A stretch of 64,000 bases of DNA from a phage: the sequence record PQ724393.1; one strand, given 5' to 3'. Numbering within the stretch: position 1 is the stretch's first letter; each line of letters opens with the position of its first letter. The translations under genes were made by a program, and so were the position numbers. Positions 21,532 to 30,600 of this stretch are shown one piece after another. The notes beneath the pieces were generated by a model that saw only the letters and a list, made by a program, of their open reading frames with translations, was not told the origin of the DNA and made no database searches.

Positions 21532-22185
21532 ATGGAACCAAAAGTAGGATTTTCATTATCAGACCTACTTTTTGGACTTCTTGATAGAATTTTTAAAGAT
21601 ACTTCTTCCGGGAAAGTAGTTTTTTCCCGGGTCCTAGTCGTAATATTATTGTTCTTTATGGCACTGGTTTGGTATAAAGGCGAGTATATTCTAAACTTTT
21701 ACAAAGAGACAACTTATGCCTCTTATACTGAAATGATTAGACAAGACCAGGACAATAGATTTAAAATTGCGGCTATCGAGCAGCTCCGAATAGTGCATTC
21801 TTCTTCAGGCGCGGACTTCACAGCAATATATTCTTTTAGACCAACCAACATGAATTATTTTGTGGATATGGTTGCTTACGAGGGTAAATTACCGGAAACG
21901 GTAGACGCAAAAAATACGGGAGGGTTTCCAATTGACAAAACGTCAGTAGAATATATGGCGGGAGTTAACGGGAACTATTTTGAATCAAGTACCGAAACTG
22001 TATTCCTTCCTACAAAGAAGAAAACACAATTCACATATATGTTTTCATGCCCGTTTTTTAATTTGGATAACGTCTACGCCGGCTCGATATCGTTGTACTG
22101 GTACGATATCAAACCGGATTTAGGATTTCCTAGACTTTCGTCTATGTGTGGTCAAGCCGGGAGGACATTAGGTCGAACACGTTAG
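21532..22185 (+). CDS. t: Holin T
   Basis: 217 aa, N-terminal TM segment plus large periplasmic domain, T-holin-like; after gene 38 as in T4. Confidence 0.8.
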   Translation: MEPKVGFSLSDLLFGLLDRIFKDTSSGKVVFSRVLVVILLFFMALVWYKGEYILNFYKETTYASYTEMIRQDQDNRFKIAAIEQLRIVHSSSGADFTAIYSFRPTNMNYFVDMVAYEGKLPETVDAKNTGGFPIDKTSVEYMAGVNGNYFESSTETVFLPTKKKTQFTYMFSCPFFNLDNVYAGSISLYWYDIKPDLGFPRLSSMCGQAGRTLGRTR

Positions 22186-22457
22186 AAATTGGAGGTATAC
22201 ATCATTAAATAACGGTGTATATCTTCATATCCTTCATTAAATTGCTCTATAAGAGTATCACGTTCATCTTCAGTTAAAGACTTAAATAATTTGTTATAAG
22301 ACAAACCATTAAGTTCCTTTCCATGTTCATTACGAATACCTAACTCATTCAAAAAGGCAATAAACTCATCACGACGTTGCATGATGTCTTCACAATCCGT
22401 TTTAATCAAAATGGAAACAATAGTAGCAATTTCGGAAACGATTTCAATTTTAGTCAT
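22182..22457 (-). CDS. asiA: Anti-sigma-70 factor AsiA
   Basis: 91 aa; IASILIK...FIAFLNE...FNEG...YRYL pattern as in T4 AsiA. Confidence 0.75.
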   Translation of the reverse strand: MTKIEIVSEIATIVSILIKTDCEDIMQRRDEFIAFLNELGIRNEHGKELNGLSYNKLFKSLTEDERDTLIEQFNEGYEDIHRYLMMYTSNF

Positions 22458-22498
22458 AATATTCTCTTCAATTCAGTACGACATCATCTGATAGGGCT

Positions 22499-22527
22499 AT
22501 ACTAACATATCCTTAGGGATTGTAAAC
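22499..22527 (-). promoter_or_regulatory. T4-type early promoter upstream of asiA
   Basis: GTTTAC (22522-22527), 17 nt spacer, TAGTAT -10. Confidence 0.5.
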
Positions 22528-22671
22528 ATGTTCTTCGTTCTTTTTAACATATTCCTGATACATCTCTTCTATTGGTTCCTGGAACTTAAAATCAGCTCCC
22601 AGGAATTCCTCAAAGCACTCCTGCTCACGTGTACGCATGCCTGTTACGGTATTCTCTAAGTTATGACTCAT
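22513..22671 (-). CDS. Small hypothetical ORF, 52 aa
   Basis: Hand-translated; ATGA-coupled to upstream small ORF. Confidence 0.25.
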   Translation of the reverse strand: MSHNLENTVTGMRTREQECFEEFLGADFKFQEPIEEMYQEYVKKNEEHVYNP

Positions 22672-22780
22672 AGCCTTTACCCTTATGTTTCTGTTTACGT
22701 TTAGACTCTTTAAGATTTTTCTTCTTGTCCTTATGGACAGAAGCCTTATTGAAATCGTGCTTAGCTACCAGATTGTTCAT
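22661..22780 (-). CDS. Small basic hypothetical ORF, 39 aa
   Basis: Hand-translated lysine-rich ORF. Confidence 0.2.
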   Translation of the reverse strand: MNNLVAKHDFNKASVHKDKKKNLKESKRKQKHKGKGYES

Positions 22781-23045
22781 CACGTAATTTCCTTAATTGA
22801 TATTCAAGAGAGCTAATAATTTCTTTATTAGTCGCAATATACATATCACGTAGGAATGGCTTCAACCCTTCCATATTCCCATGAATTGTCTTGGAACTAA
22901 TATTCTTTATATATTCATGGTCTAATGCATCCCAAGCCGGTTGGTTGACATAAGTTCCCCAGTTGTCTTCCACCATGACATTCAGTCGTTTAATATGATT
23001 AATATGGGCTTCGATTGCATCAATCTGGAGTTGTTTAAGATTCAT
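22761..23045 (-). CDS. Hypothetical protein (asiA-motA interval)
   Basis: 94 aa ORF. Confidence 0.45.
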   Translation of the reverse strand: MNLKQLQIDAIEAHINHIKRLNVMVEDNWGTYVNQPAWDALDHEYIKNISSKTIHGNMEGLKPFLRDMYIATNKEIISSLEYQLRKLRDEQSGS

Positions 23046-23533
23046 TAGTAAAGGTCCTCAGAGTAAAGTTCTTTTTCACTACCACCACGTTCAATACGAA
23101 CTTGATTAGCATATGTTGCAATTACCATTGCTTCTTCGCGAGTCCAATAGTTTGAGTATTGGTCGATAAATCCTTGGTCATCACCACAGACGTGCTCGGA
23201 TACAAGTTTATCACTTACCTGGTCAAGCACTTCTGCCATATCTTTAGAATAATGACGAGCTCCTGGAATAACCAATGTCCCACCGTCTTTTAACTTAAAA
23301 CGGTTGGCCGCGCATACAATTCGACGTTGGTATTTTTCATTGTTGTTCCAATAGGCAATCTGCCAACAGATTTCTGGGACTTCATTCAAAACATCCTCTT
23401 CTGTATATTCGGTGTAATCGCCATAGGCCTGTAATTTAGCTGCTAGACTTTCAGGCGTCTCGCGAGAAAGAGCTTTATCTAACAAGGCCATTCGGTCTTT
23501 GAAGGATAATTCTTTACCTTTTAATGGATTCAT
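23045..23533 (-). CDS. Hypothetical protein
   Basis: 162 aa ORF, coupled to neighbours. Confidence 0.45.
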   Translation of the reverse strand: MNPLKGKELSFKDRMALLDKALSRETPESLAAKLQAYGDYTEYTEEDVLNEVPEICWQIAYWNNNEKYQRRIVCAANRFKLKDGGTLVIPGARHYSKDMAEVLDQVSDKLVSEHVCGDDQGFIDQYSNYWTREEAMVIATYANQVRIERGGSEKELYSEDLY

Positions 23534-23889
23534 TTAACAATTACCTTATAGCCTTTAACTTTAGAAAATGATTGGATTTTGGAACCGGTTTCTATTAACA
23601 TATCTTCATTAGAAGAAGATAGCATGATATCCACGATTTGACCTTTACCGTATGGGTTGATAGAAACTTCTTCCTTGGCAATCATAGCTAAAAATCTATT
23701 TAACTGCATACCAAATTCAAGACTCACTTCATGAATACGAAGGTTAAGCTGGTATACTTTCTTAACACCGTTAACTAAGGAAGCCATTTCATTCCATGCA
23801 TTACGTTGTTCTTCGCGAGGCTCTTCAATCAATTTAAGGGAGTGGCCTTCGCCGTCCCAGTTAAGTTCCATCGGAATCATTTGAACCAT
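23530..23889 (-). CDS. Hypothetical protein
   Basis: 119 aa ORF. Confidence 0.45.
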   Translation of the reverse strand: MVQMIPMELNWDGEGHSLKLIEEPREEQRNAWNEMASLVNGVKKVYQLNLRIHEVSLEFGMQLNRFLAMIAKEEVSINPYGKGQIVDIMLSSSNEDMLIETGSKIQSFSKVKGYKVIVK

Positions 23890-24206
23890 CCTTTAACACG
23901 TTGCCAGAGGCTTTTCTGTTGGGCTTTATTAACACCAATTGAACGAATAACCGGCTGTGATTCCTGGTATTCTTTGTAGTCGGCTTTATAGACTTCATAA
24001 GCGGCTGGAACAAAGGTGCTGATTGCTGCCATAAAGTTCTTACGAATTCCCATAGAAGCTTCAGAACCGCCACGGATGATTAAGTATTTACCTGCTTTAA
24101 TCTTAACAATAGTGCCGAGATAAGCACCATGGTACCAAATGTCCCAACCTTCTTGAGTAGGTTCTGCACAACGACGAAGTTCATTAACAATATTCAGCTT
24201 GTTCAT
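23877..24206 (-). CDS. Hypothetical protein
   Basis: 109 aa ORF immediately downstream of motA. Confidence 0.45.
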   Translation of the reverse strand: MNKLNIVNELRRCAEPTQEGWDIWYHGAYLGTIVKIKAGKYLIIRGGSEASMGIRKNFMAAISTFVPAAYEVYKADYKEYQESQPVIRSIGVNKAQQKSLWQRVKGWFK

Positions 24207-24224
24207 AATAATTTCCTCAGTCAG

Positions 24225-24857
24225 TTAAATTGCGTTGGTTACGGTTTTGATAACTTCAGATGATACGTTTTGGAAGTCGATATAAGTATTCTTACCACCA
24301 GTCTTAATCTTAACATCAAGGTTCAAGGAAGTAAACACTTGTTTTTCTTTATCAGTCATATTATAACCGAAGATACGCATCATTCCATCACGACGGACTT
24401 CGATTTGACGAATACCATTGGTGCGTTTAGCGAATCGAACTTCAAGGTTGCTACGGTTTTCAGCAATTTCACGAATCTCGATACGGTCTTCCAACAAAGA
24501 TTTAACTTCATCAGCCAATACCACCATTTCAGGAGTAACACCACGTGAGCTACGCGTTTTACGTTTTTCCAACATCTCTGGAGCATTTTCAGAAGCGAAC
24601 AGGTCGGCAGCTTTTTGAACTAGGTCCATTGCTTCACCTGTAGCCACCAGTCCATCACCAGATTTTTCGATGAATCCTTTCTTAATCAATACACCGATGT
24701 TAGAGTTAACTACCGCAGCACTAAATTGCTCACTCAGGGCTTCACGGACTTCGCCTGAAGTGATGAAGTTATTCTTGATGATATGTACTAAGATAGAAGC
24801 GGTTTTTTCATTCAGGACGTCTTCAGAAGCTTTGATGATGTAAGTAATTTTAGACAT
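24225..24857 (-). CDS. motA: Middle transcription activator MotA
   Basis: 210 aa; MSKITYIIKAS...VNSNIGVLIKKGFIEKSGDGL...RTNGIR...MRIFGY resembles T4 MotA. Confidence 0.8.
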   Translation of the reverse strand: MSKITYIIKASEDVLNEKTASILVHIIKNNFITSGEVREALSEQFSAAVVNSNIGVLIKKGFIEKSGDGLVATGEAMDLVQKAADLFASENAPEMLEKRKTRSSRGVTPEMVVLADEVKSLLEDRIEIREIAENRSNLEVRFAKRTNGIRQIEVRRDGMMRIFGYNMTDKEKQVFTSLNLDVKIKTGGKNTYIDFQNVSSEVIKTVTNAI

Positions 24858-24889
24858 TTTGTATCTCCGATAACCATTTATTTGATAGG

Positions 24890-24921
24890 TCTATAGTATC
24901 ACGTTTAAAGCAGAAGTAAAC
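24890..24921 (-). promoter_or_regulatory. T4-type early promoter upstream of motA
   Basis: GTTTAC (24916-24921) plus TGATACTATAGACCTATCAAAT block. Confidence 0.55.
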
Positions 24922-24944
24922 ACCTTTTTGCACTAAACCAAAAA

Positions 24945-24962
24945 AGGAACCCTAAGGTTCCT
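24945..24962 (-). terminator. Intrinsic terminator AGGAACC-UUAG-GGUUCCU + U5
   Basis: Stem-loop followed by U-run on the minus-strand transcript. Confidence 0.55.
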
Positions 24963-25066
24963 TACTTTTTAAAGTGGGCTGCTATTAAACCTATAGCTAA
25001 GCCTGTCGCCAGGCCTAGGATAACAGCAAAGATACAGAGTAACAAGAACTCGACTCCAAGGCTCAT
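24962..25066 (-). CDS. Small hydrophobic membrane peptide, 34 aa
   Basis: Hand-translated ORF with ATGA overlap to gene 52 stop. Confidence 0.3.
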   Translation of the reverse strand: MSLGVEFLLLCIFAVILGLATGLAIGLIAAHFKK

Positions 25067-26442
25067 AGAGCCTCCAAATCTTTAACATACTCGGTTACAA
25101 CATCAGTGGTTTTCCAATATTGATGCTCTTCTTTCTTAGCCTTGGCTTCTAAGGCCAATTTCTTAGCTTCATCTGATGTGATATGGAAAATGTTCATGGC
25201 TACTAGTTTATCAGCATACTCGCCGTAGACTTTATTACTAGCCAATTCTTCGGTTAAAACCTTACGAGTCTTACCTTGGATAACCACTACGCCATCAATA
25301 ACATCTTTGATAAATGTGGCTTTAGCCAATGCCAGTTTGAAAGCTTCTTCAGTTTCGATGATTTTACCATCAATACGTTTCTGTACAAAGGTCTTACGGA
25401 CCTCAACGAAATCACGAATCAGTTCAACTGCATCTTCGTAAACCTTAAGTTTACCTTTCTCATTAATGACAGTCAGGTTTTGTGAACGGCGTTCGATTAA
25501 CCCGAAGTCCTTCATGATTTTTTCATGCTTCTTGTTTTCTTCGGTAGGCAATTCATATTCTTTACGAATCTTAACCTTGAAGCCGAAACCGTTCTCGTCA
25601 CAGTCATCGTCATACGTGATATACCCTTTGTCTTCTAAAGGGTCTAATACCTTGGCCACGTACGTTTCACGATCATATTTGTATGGGATTTCCGTGATAT
25701 GCATTTGGGTTCGAGATGTGAACTTATAGGTCCCACGAATCTCATAACTACCTGGTTCAGTCTCAACAACATCACCACGGAATTCAGGATAAGCCACTTT
25801 AGGCTTGGTTACACGTTTTTCCTGAAGAACTTGTAATACAGCTTTCTTAACAGAATCAAAACTATGAGGAAGAATATTAGTTGCATAACCAGTTGCAATA
25901 CCGGAAACGCCATTAAGAAGAACAGTAGGAATAATAGGCAGATAAAAAGCCGGTGGCTTATGTTCGACATCCGCATGAACCGGAGCATATTCTGTGTCCT
26001 TATAAACTTTTGCAAAGTTACTTCCAATACGAGCAAAAATATAACGAGAGGCCGCCGCCTTTTGAACCAAACGAGAACCAAAGTTACCCTGGCCATCCAA
26101 CAGTGGGAAGTTGTTGTTCCATGTGTTAGCCATCAAAGCCCCTGCTTCCTGAGCAGAACCTTCACCATGATGATATCCAAGGTCGGCTACGCCACCAGCG
26201 ATAGAAGCCAGTTTGTGGAATTTTTCTTTATTACCACGAGCCATATCAAGACAACGAGCAACTACAAAACGTTGTACAGGTTTAAAGCCGTCAATCATAT
26301 TTGGAATGGCACGGTTTTCGACAGTATACATTGCATAAGCCAATGCTTCGTTGTCGATAATACTTTTTAAGTCGCGAGGAGTAAAAGTATCGTCGTAAAC
26401 ATCTAAAGCCTGTTTAAAAAGGGTATCAATTACATCAGCCAT
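25063..26442 (-). CDS. 52: DNA topoisomerase II medium subunit gp52 (GyrA-like)
   Basis: 459 aa; GyrA N-terminal motifs (GFKPVQRFVV, active-site Tyr region). Confidence 0.85.
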   Translation of the reverse strand: MADVIDTLFKQALDVYDDTFTPRDLKSIIDNEALAYAMYTVENRAIPNMIDGFKPVQRFVVARCLDMARGNKEKFHKLASIAGGVADLGYHHGEGSAQEAGALMANTWNNNFPLLDGQGNFGSRLVQKAAASRYIFARIGSNFAKVYKDTEYAPVHADVEHKPPAFYLPIIPTVLLNGVSGIATGYATNILPHSFDSVKKAVLQVLQEKRVTKPKVAYPEFRGDVVETEPGSYEIRGTYKFTSRTQMHITEIPYKYDRETYVAKVLDPLEDKGYITYDDDCDENGFGFKVKIRKEYELPTEENKKHEKIMKDFGLIERRSQNLTVINEKGKLKVYEDAVELIRDFVEVRKTFVQKRIDGKIIETEEAFKLALAKATFIKDVIDGVVVIQGKTRKVLTEELASNKVYGEYADKLVAMNIFHITSDEAKKLALEAKAKKEEHQYWKTTDVVTEYVKDLEAL

Positions 26443-26446
26443 AATT

Positions 26447-26587
26447 TTACCATACTAGTGAATGAATAGCCATAATAACATCGGAAATAAAAAGCACAAC
26501 TTGGATAAGTCCGAACATTACTCCATAATACAGCGCTACTAATAAAGCAGCAAGGACTAACGAGTAGCCCAGGATTTGTTTAATCAT
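26447..26587 (-). CDS. Small hydrophobic membrane peptide, 46 aa (T4 ac position)
   Basis: Hand-translated; 5 nt upstream of gene 52. Confidence 0.3.
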   Translation of the reverse strand: MIKQILGYSLVLAALLVALYYGVMFGLIQVVLFISDVIMAIHSLVW

Positions 26588-26748
26588 TTCTTGACCAAGG
26601 CTTCCAGAAATTTAACGATTGCATCAATTACGAACCAAGTGCAAATAAATCCAACAGCGAAAGGACCTGGAACCCACACACCAGCAGCAAAAAGGGTTAC
26701 CCACACAATAACAATCACGAGCCAGATAAAAGTATAAATCGGTAGCAT
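26584..26748 (-). CDS. Small hydrophobic membrane peptide, 54 aa
   Basis: Hand-translated; ATGA overlap with next ORF. Confidence 0.3.
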   Translation of the reverse strand: MLPIYTFIWLVIVIVWVTLFAAGVWVPGPFAVGFICTWFVIDAIVKFLEALVKK

Positions 26749-26835
26749 ATTTTCCTCATTAGCGTCCGAAGACGCCTTTAGTTTTAAGATTGTTACGATA
26801 GAACTGCATCACATGTTCGTTATGGAAATTACTCA

Positions 26836-27285
26836 TTAGTAAGCCTGCAGAACGAATTTGAAGTTATCAGCCAACATACGGTTCATTTCTTCCAGGGTCT
26901 GGAGATCTGAACTATGGTTGCGAGTGAAAGCCATTGCAATTTGTCCTTTACCAAAACCTGTAGTCAGAGGTTTCATTTTAGAAGCCGGTACATAAAGAAC
27001 TTCATACAGGATACTGTTAGTTTTCATGGTACGGTTGGCTTGAGAACGAGCTGAACGAATATTCTTAAGAACACCATCCAGACCTTGTCCTGAACGCTGA
27101 TTACCTACATAGAAGCGAGCAGCTACGATGCGGTTTTCGCCAACACCTTTAACAAAGAAATAGAAGCCTGGCTGGGCAGAGATTTCTTTAGAAGGCTTAC
27201 CGTTTTGGTATTCACCATTCTTAACATAAGCAACAGTAGTAGCACCTGCAGACAGAACGTTACGGCGAGTCATATAAGTATTCAT
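26836..27285 (-). CDS. ndd: Nucleoid disruption protein Ndd
   Basis: 149 aa, T4 Ndd-like size and position; C-terminus [16 protein letters not shown] recalled as Ndd-like. Confidence 0.5.
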
Positions 27286-27362
27286 ATCAATTTCCTCAGT
27301 AGATTAATGTTTTGTTATCCAGTCAACGAGAACCATTATAACATGATTCTCGAGGTTGTAAA

Positions 27363-27731
27363 CTATTTTTGTAGCTGTTCTAAAATAAATCCGCTCGTAT
27401 AAAAGGAAGCATTATAAACCTTATTCAGTGGGTGCAAAGCACGTCCGTATGTATCACGTAGTTCTTTGATAACATTTTCATAGCTCACATAGTAAGCACT
27501 ACGATAGTCCGGGTCCATGCTCATACGGAATTTGATGAACCGATAAAAGCCTGTTTCCGGATCTTGAACGAAAACGAAATCCGCGCTTGCCATAGTTTTT
27601 GGATTTACGCCTGGAATCATACTTTGATTGAATGATACCGTTGCCTCCTGAAGGCTGAGTTGTTTAAAGAACATAACTTTAGAGTTACCAAAAAATACTT
27701 TAGACATGATATTTTCCTTATTCAGCGTCAA
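27363..27731 (-). CDS. Hypothetical protein
   Basis: 122 aa ORF. Confidence 0.45.
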   Translation of the reverse strand: MTLNKENIMSKVFFGNSKVMFFKQLSLQEATVSFNQSMIPGVNPKTMASADFVFVQDPETGFYRFIKFRMSMDPDYRSAYYVSYENVIKELRDTYGRALHPLNKVYNASFYTSGFILEQLQK

Positions 27732-27930
27732 CAGAAATAGCCATCAGTTCATCAACGGTAAGACATTGTACACTTGGCCCTACACAAAAGCGCTTAGTTG
27801 AATCATAGAGGTCTGTAGCATTTACAGGCTGCAATTCAGTACCAACTTGCAAAGGAGAAATGCGAATCAGTTGTTGGCCGTTATGTAATACAAAGCTCTC
27901 ACCAACTGCGACATCTTTAAAAAGTTTCAT
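27718..27930 (-). CDS. Hypothetical protein, 70 aa (start at MKLFKD; track ORF to 27972)
   Basis: SD GAGGAAAA before internal ATG. Confidence 0.4.
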   Translation of the reverse strand: MKLFKDVAVGESFVLHNGQQLIRISPLQVGTELQPVNATDLYDSTKRFCVGPSVQCLTVDELMAISVDAE

Positions 27931-28074
27931 AATATTTTCCTCAGAAGTTAAAGAATACACGTACATGGTCAATCATAAAAACGATTGGGAAAATGCTCAA
28001 TACTACTAACAACACAAACATGTTCCAAATTGCTTTAAGTAAGTTTTTCATAATCATCTCCATTAGTTGATAGG

Positions 28075-28106
28075 TCTATAATATCATGTCTAATGGAGAT
28101 GTAAAC
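28075..28106 (-). promoter_or_regulatory. T4-type early promoter
   Basis: GTTTAC (28101-28106) plus TGATATTATAGACCTATCAACT block. Confidence 0.5.
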
Positions 28107-28196
28107 TGATTTATGCCAATTTCCACAACAATAAACTAAAACATACACAAATCACCGGGATACAGGTCAACCAAATAAGGCACCACATTTTGCTGC

Positions 28197-28454
28197 TCAT
28201 AATTCCACCTCAATGATTTCAATCTTCTTGGCTTTGATAGCTTTCTTCAAATCCGGGTAAACTTGAGTACAGTAAGAATTATTCAACTCGCCATTCACCA
28301 AACGTTGAATCTCTTCATGGGTGGTCAGATAAGGTTGGTCCGTCTCATATTTAGATAAATCCAGTCCGGTAATGCAAAAATCTTCTCCATCCGAAAAGGT
28401 TGAAAACGATACAAACTCACGGGTAATTTTATGTTTAGCGTAATAGAATTTCAT
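28197..28454 (-). CDS. Hypothetical protein
   Basis: 85 aa, SD GAGGAGAAA upstream. Confidence 0.45.
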   Translation of the reverse strand: MKFYYAKHKITREFVSFSTFSDGEDFCITGLDLSKYETDQPYLTTHEEIQRLVNGELNNSYCTQVYPDLKKAIKAKKIEIIEVEL

Positions 28455-28484
28455 TTTTGTTTCTCCTCATAAGTTGATAGGAAG

Positions 28485-28514
28485 ATAGTAACACCGTCCT
28501 TGGTGTATGTAAAC
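28485..28514 (-). promoter_or_regulatory. T4-type early promoter (variant with CAAGGA...GTGGTA spacer)
   Basis: GTTTAC (28509-28514), TACTAT -10. Confidence 0.45.
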
Positions 28515-28530
28515 TGTTTTGTGGAAAAAA

Positions 28531-29115
28531 TTATAAGGCGAGATACCAGCCGCTAAAATTACTCTTACGGACTAGCTTTTTGATGGCTTCTCTATCACCA
28601 GAGAATTTAGGAGTGAACAGGACGTCGCCTGCCTCATTTACTGAAGTGTTGAATATAATTATACAGTCTGCAACTTTATGATTCAGGAGTGGGCCTAGGT
28701 TAATCCCTGTTCCATAAGGGAAGTCACCGGAGTATCCTGTAGTACAGGAAATCCACTTAGAATCCGACTGATGGGTCTTGACCTCTACACGAAGTCCACA
28801 ATACATAGGATGGGCTAAAACATCCCATGCATAGGTATAAGGGTCGTCATGGTCTTCCAGACCGCTGTTAACATATCCTTTCAACCAATCCGCCACCATA
28901 TACTCGGCATACGTTGCAATGACACACCGAGTCAATACTTCTTTCTTATCTTGGGACGGGTCTTGACTTAAGGAATACAGTACAGTATCCTTAATCTTAA
29001 CCTTCATTTCGCCTGTTAAACCAGATGTCTTCAGGGTAAATGTCGGCATCGCTGCCAATCGGAGTAGTCCCGGGTTCGTCTTCACCATAAATGCCTCGAA
29101 TATGAAGTTCACCAT
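28531..29115 (-). CDS. Hypothetical protein in the T4 denB position; start uncertain (alternatives near 29049 or 29007)
   Basis: 194 aa ORF; its 5-prime part overlaps the upstream ORF. Confidence 0.35.
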   Translation of the reverse strand: MVNFIFEAFMVKTNPGLLRLAAMPTFTLKTSGLTGEMKVKIKDTVLYSLSQDPSQDKKEVLTRCVIATYAEYMVADWLKGYVNSGLEDHDDPYTYAWDVLAHPMYCGLRVEVKTHQSDSKWISCTTGYSGDFPYGTGINLGPLLNHKVADCIIIFNTSVNEAGDVLFTPKFSGDREAIKKLVRKSNFSGWYLAL

Positions 29116-29329
29116 AATAAATTCGGTCGTTAGGCTCTAAAGTATCGGAATCTACTAAAGGAAACTCGCCTTCAACCACCTCATCACATTCTAGAAAAGC
29201 GTAATGAACATCACCAGGGTGTTTAACGAGCTTAGCACAATAAACAGTGCCTGCTTTATGGAACCCACGCAAATTAGAAATCTTGATATCGCGTTCACCT
29301 ACATTCAGGTAATTAATCATTTTACTCAC
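28997..29329 (-). CDS. Hypothetical protein
   Basis: 110 aa ORF downstream of rIIB. Confidence 0.4.
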   Translation of the reverse strand: MSKMINYLNVGERDIKISNLRGFHKAGTVYCAKLVKHPGDVHYAFLECDEVVEGEFPLVDSDTLEPNDRIYYGELHIRGIYGEDEPGTTPIGSDADIYPEDIWFNRRNEG

Positions 29330-29519
29330 CGAAATAAGAAATACGAACCTCTAAACAATGAGCATAAGCACCCATCGCATCCAGTTGTGAAATAAGTAAC
29401 CCTTGTTGACGGATATCGAGAGTTTCAAAAACACCGCCTTTAATAAAGGTTTCTAGTGTATTAATTTTAAGAACCAACTGGTCGTATTCTTCAACTACAC
29501 GTGCTTGGTAACCTAACAT
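29322..29519 (-). CDS. Hypothetical protein
   Basis: 65 aa ORF, SD AAGAGGAAA upstream. Confidence 0.35.
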   Translation of the reverse strand: MLGYQARVVEEYDQLVLKINTLETFIKGGVFETLDIRQQGLLISQLDAMGAYAHCLEVRISYFGE

Positions 29520-29531
29520 AATTTCCTCTTA

Positions 29532-29547
29532 GGAGGCCGAAGCCTCC
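29532..29547 (-). other. Hairpin GGAGGC-UUCG-GCCUCC between rIIB and the next gene
   Basis: Perfect 6-bp stem and tetraloop; no U tract. Confidence 0.4.
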
Positions 29548-29554
29548 AATTAGT

Positions 29555-30586
29555 TTATTTGTATTCGTTTGCAAACTGTTCAGTGACGTCTTCCAGAACT
29601 TCATAATAACATACACGCATTTTAGCATCACCGTAATCGACTGGGATACTAACAACATCACGCGGGTTAACTTTACATGAAACTACTTTACAGTTTGAGC
29701 TACCAAAATGTCTGATATAGCTACGAGAGCAAACATGCAGACCTGTTGAACAAGTTACTTCGTCGTCATCATTTACACGCGAACGAGGCATTTTAACTGG
29801 TTTGCCTGGCGAGTTATCAAACGTACCGGTACGACAGTCGGTGTAATCGGAGTTAACTACCTTCCATGTAATAAAGTGGCCATCTTCAGTGATTTTGATA
29901 TCGTTTGCAACCAGGAAGTCGAACAGACGCTGTACAGCTTTTTCGCTTGGGTTTTCTAACAGATTCTCAAGGAACGGCAGGTAGAATTCGAAGTCTTCAC
30001 CATTTTCCATTGAGGTGATAATACGGTCAATCAACCCTGAACGCAATTCGATACCTTGATAAACCAGACGTCCACCTTCAATACGAACGTTACCTTTAAC
30101 GAAAGCCTTAACAGCTTCTTTAATGGAAATCAGTTTAATCGCATCATCGAAACGAGATTCTTTAAGAGCCTGTACGATGGCATCGAAATGTTTGTTCTTA
30201 TTAGTGGTGTTCCATACTGTACGGCCTTCAGTGATGGATACGAATTTAGAACTCGCGTTCCAAATAATTTCAGGACGAGAACCACCAATAGTAGCTTCAA
30301 CAGGAACTACACGAGGCTCGTTAGGAACTGTTACTTTGATATTTCCGGTAATAACCACTTCTGCCGGGGCATTAAGAGGTACAGTAGGTGCTTTTTTAAG
30401 AGATTCGGCTAATTCTTTAGCTACTTGCGAACGTTTAGCTTCTTCAGCATTTTTCAGGACTTTACGAATGGTATCAACCGAAACACCATACCAGTCAGCT
30501 AGTTCTTGCTGAGTATAATTACCAGATTTATAGAGGGAAACTACTTTCTCTTGTTCAGATTTAGCCAGGCACTTAATATTGTACAT
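29555..30586 (-). CDS. rIIB: rIIB membrane-associated protein
   Basis: 343 aa, T4 rIIB-like; directly downstream of rIIA. Confidence 0.8.
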   Translation of the reverse strand: MYNIKCLAKSEQEKVVSLYKSGNYTQQELADWYGVSVDTIRKVLKNAEEAKRSQVAKELAESLKKAPTVPLNAPAEVVITGNIKVTVPNEPRVVPVEATIGGSRPEIIWNASSKFVSITEGRTVWNTTNKNKHFDAIVQALKESRFDDAIKLISIKEAVKAFVKGNVRIEGGRLVYQGIELRSGLIDRIITSMENGEDFEFYLPFLENLLENPSEKAVQRLFDFLVANDIKITEDGHFITWKVVNSDYTDCRTGTFDNSPGKPVKMPRSRVNDDDEVTCSTGLHVCSRSYIRHFGSSNCKVVSCKVNPRDVVSIPVDYGDAKMRVCYYEVLEDVTEQFANEYK

Positions 30587-30600
30587 AATATTTCCTTAGA

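Noticed and set aside
25864-26370. Plus-strand ORFs antisense to gene 52, gene 39, dda, gp42/kinase cassette and gp43 (for example 25864-26370, 34146-34804, 40284-40873, 53801-54235, 55010-55390, 55923-56473, 57907-58707)
   Set aside because: All lie inside strongly supported minus-strand genes with no translation signals.
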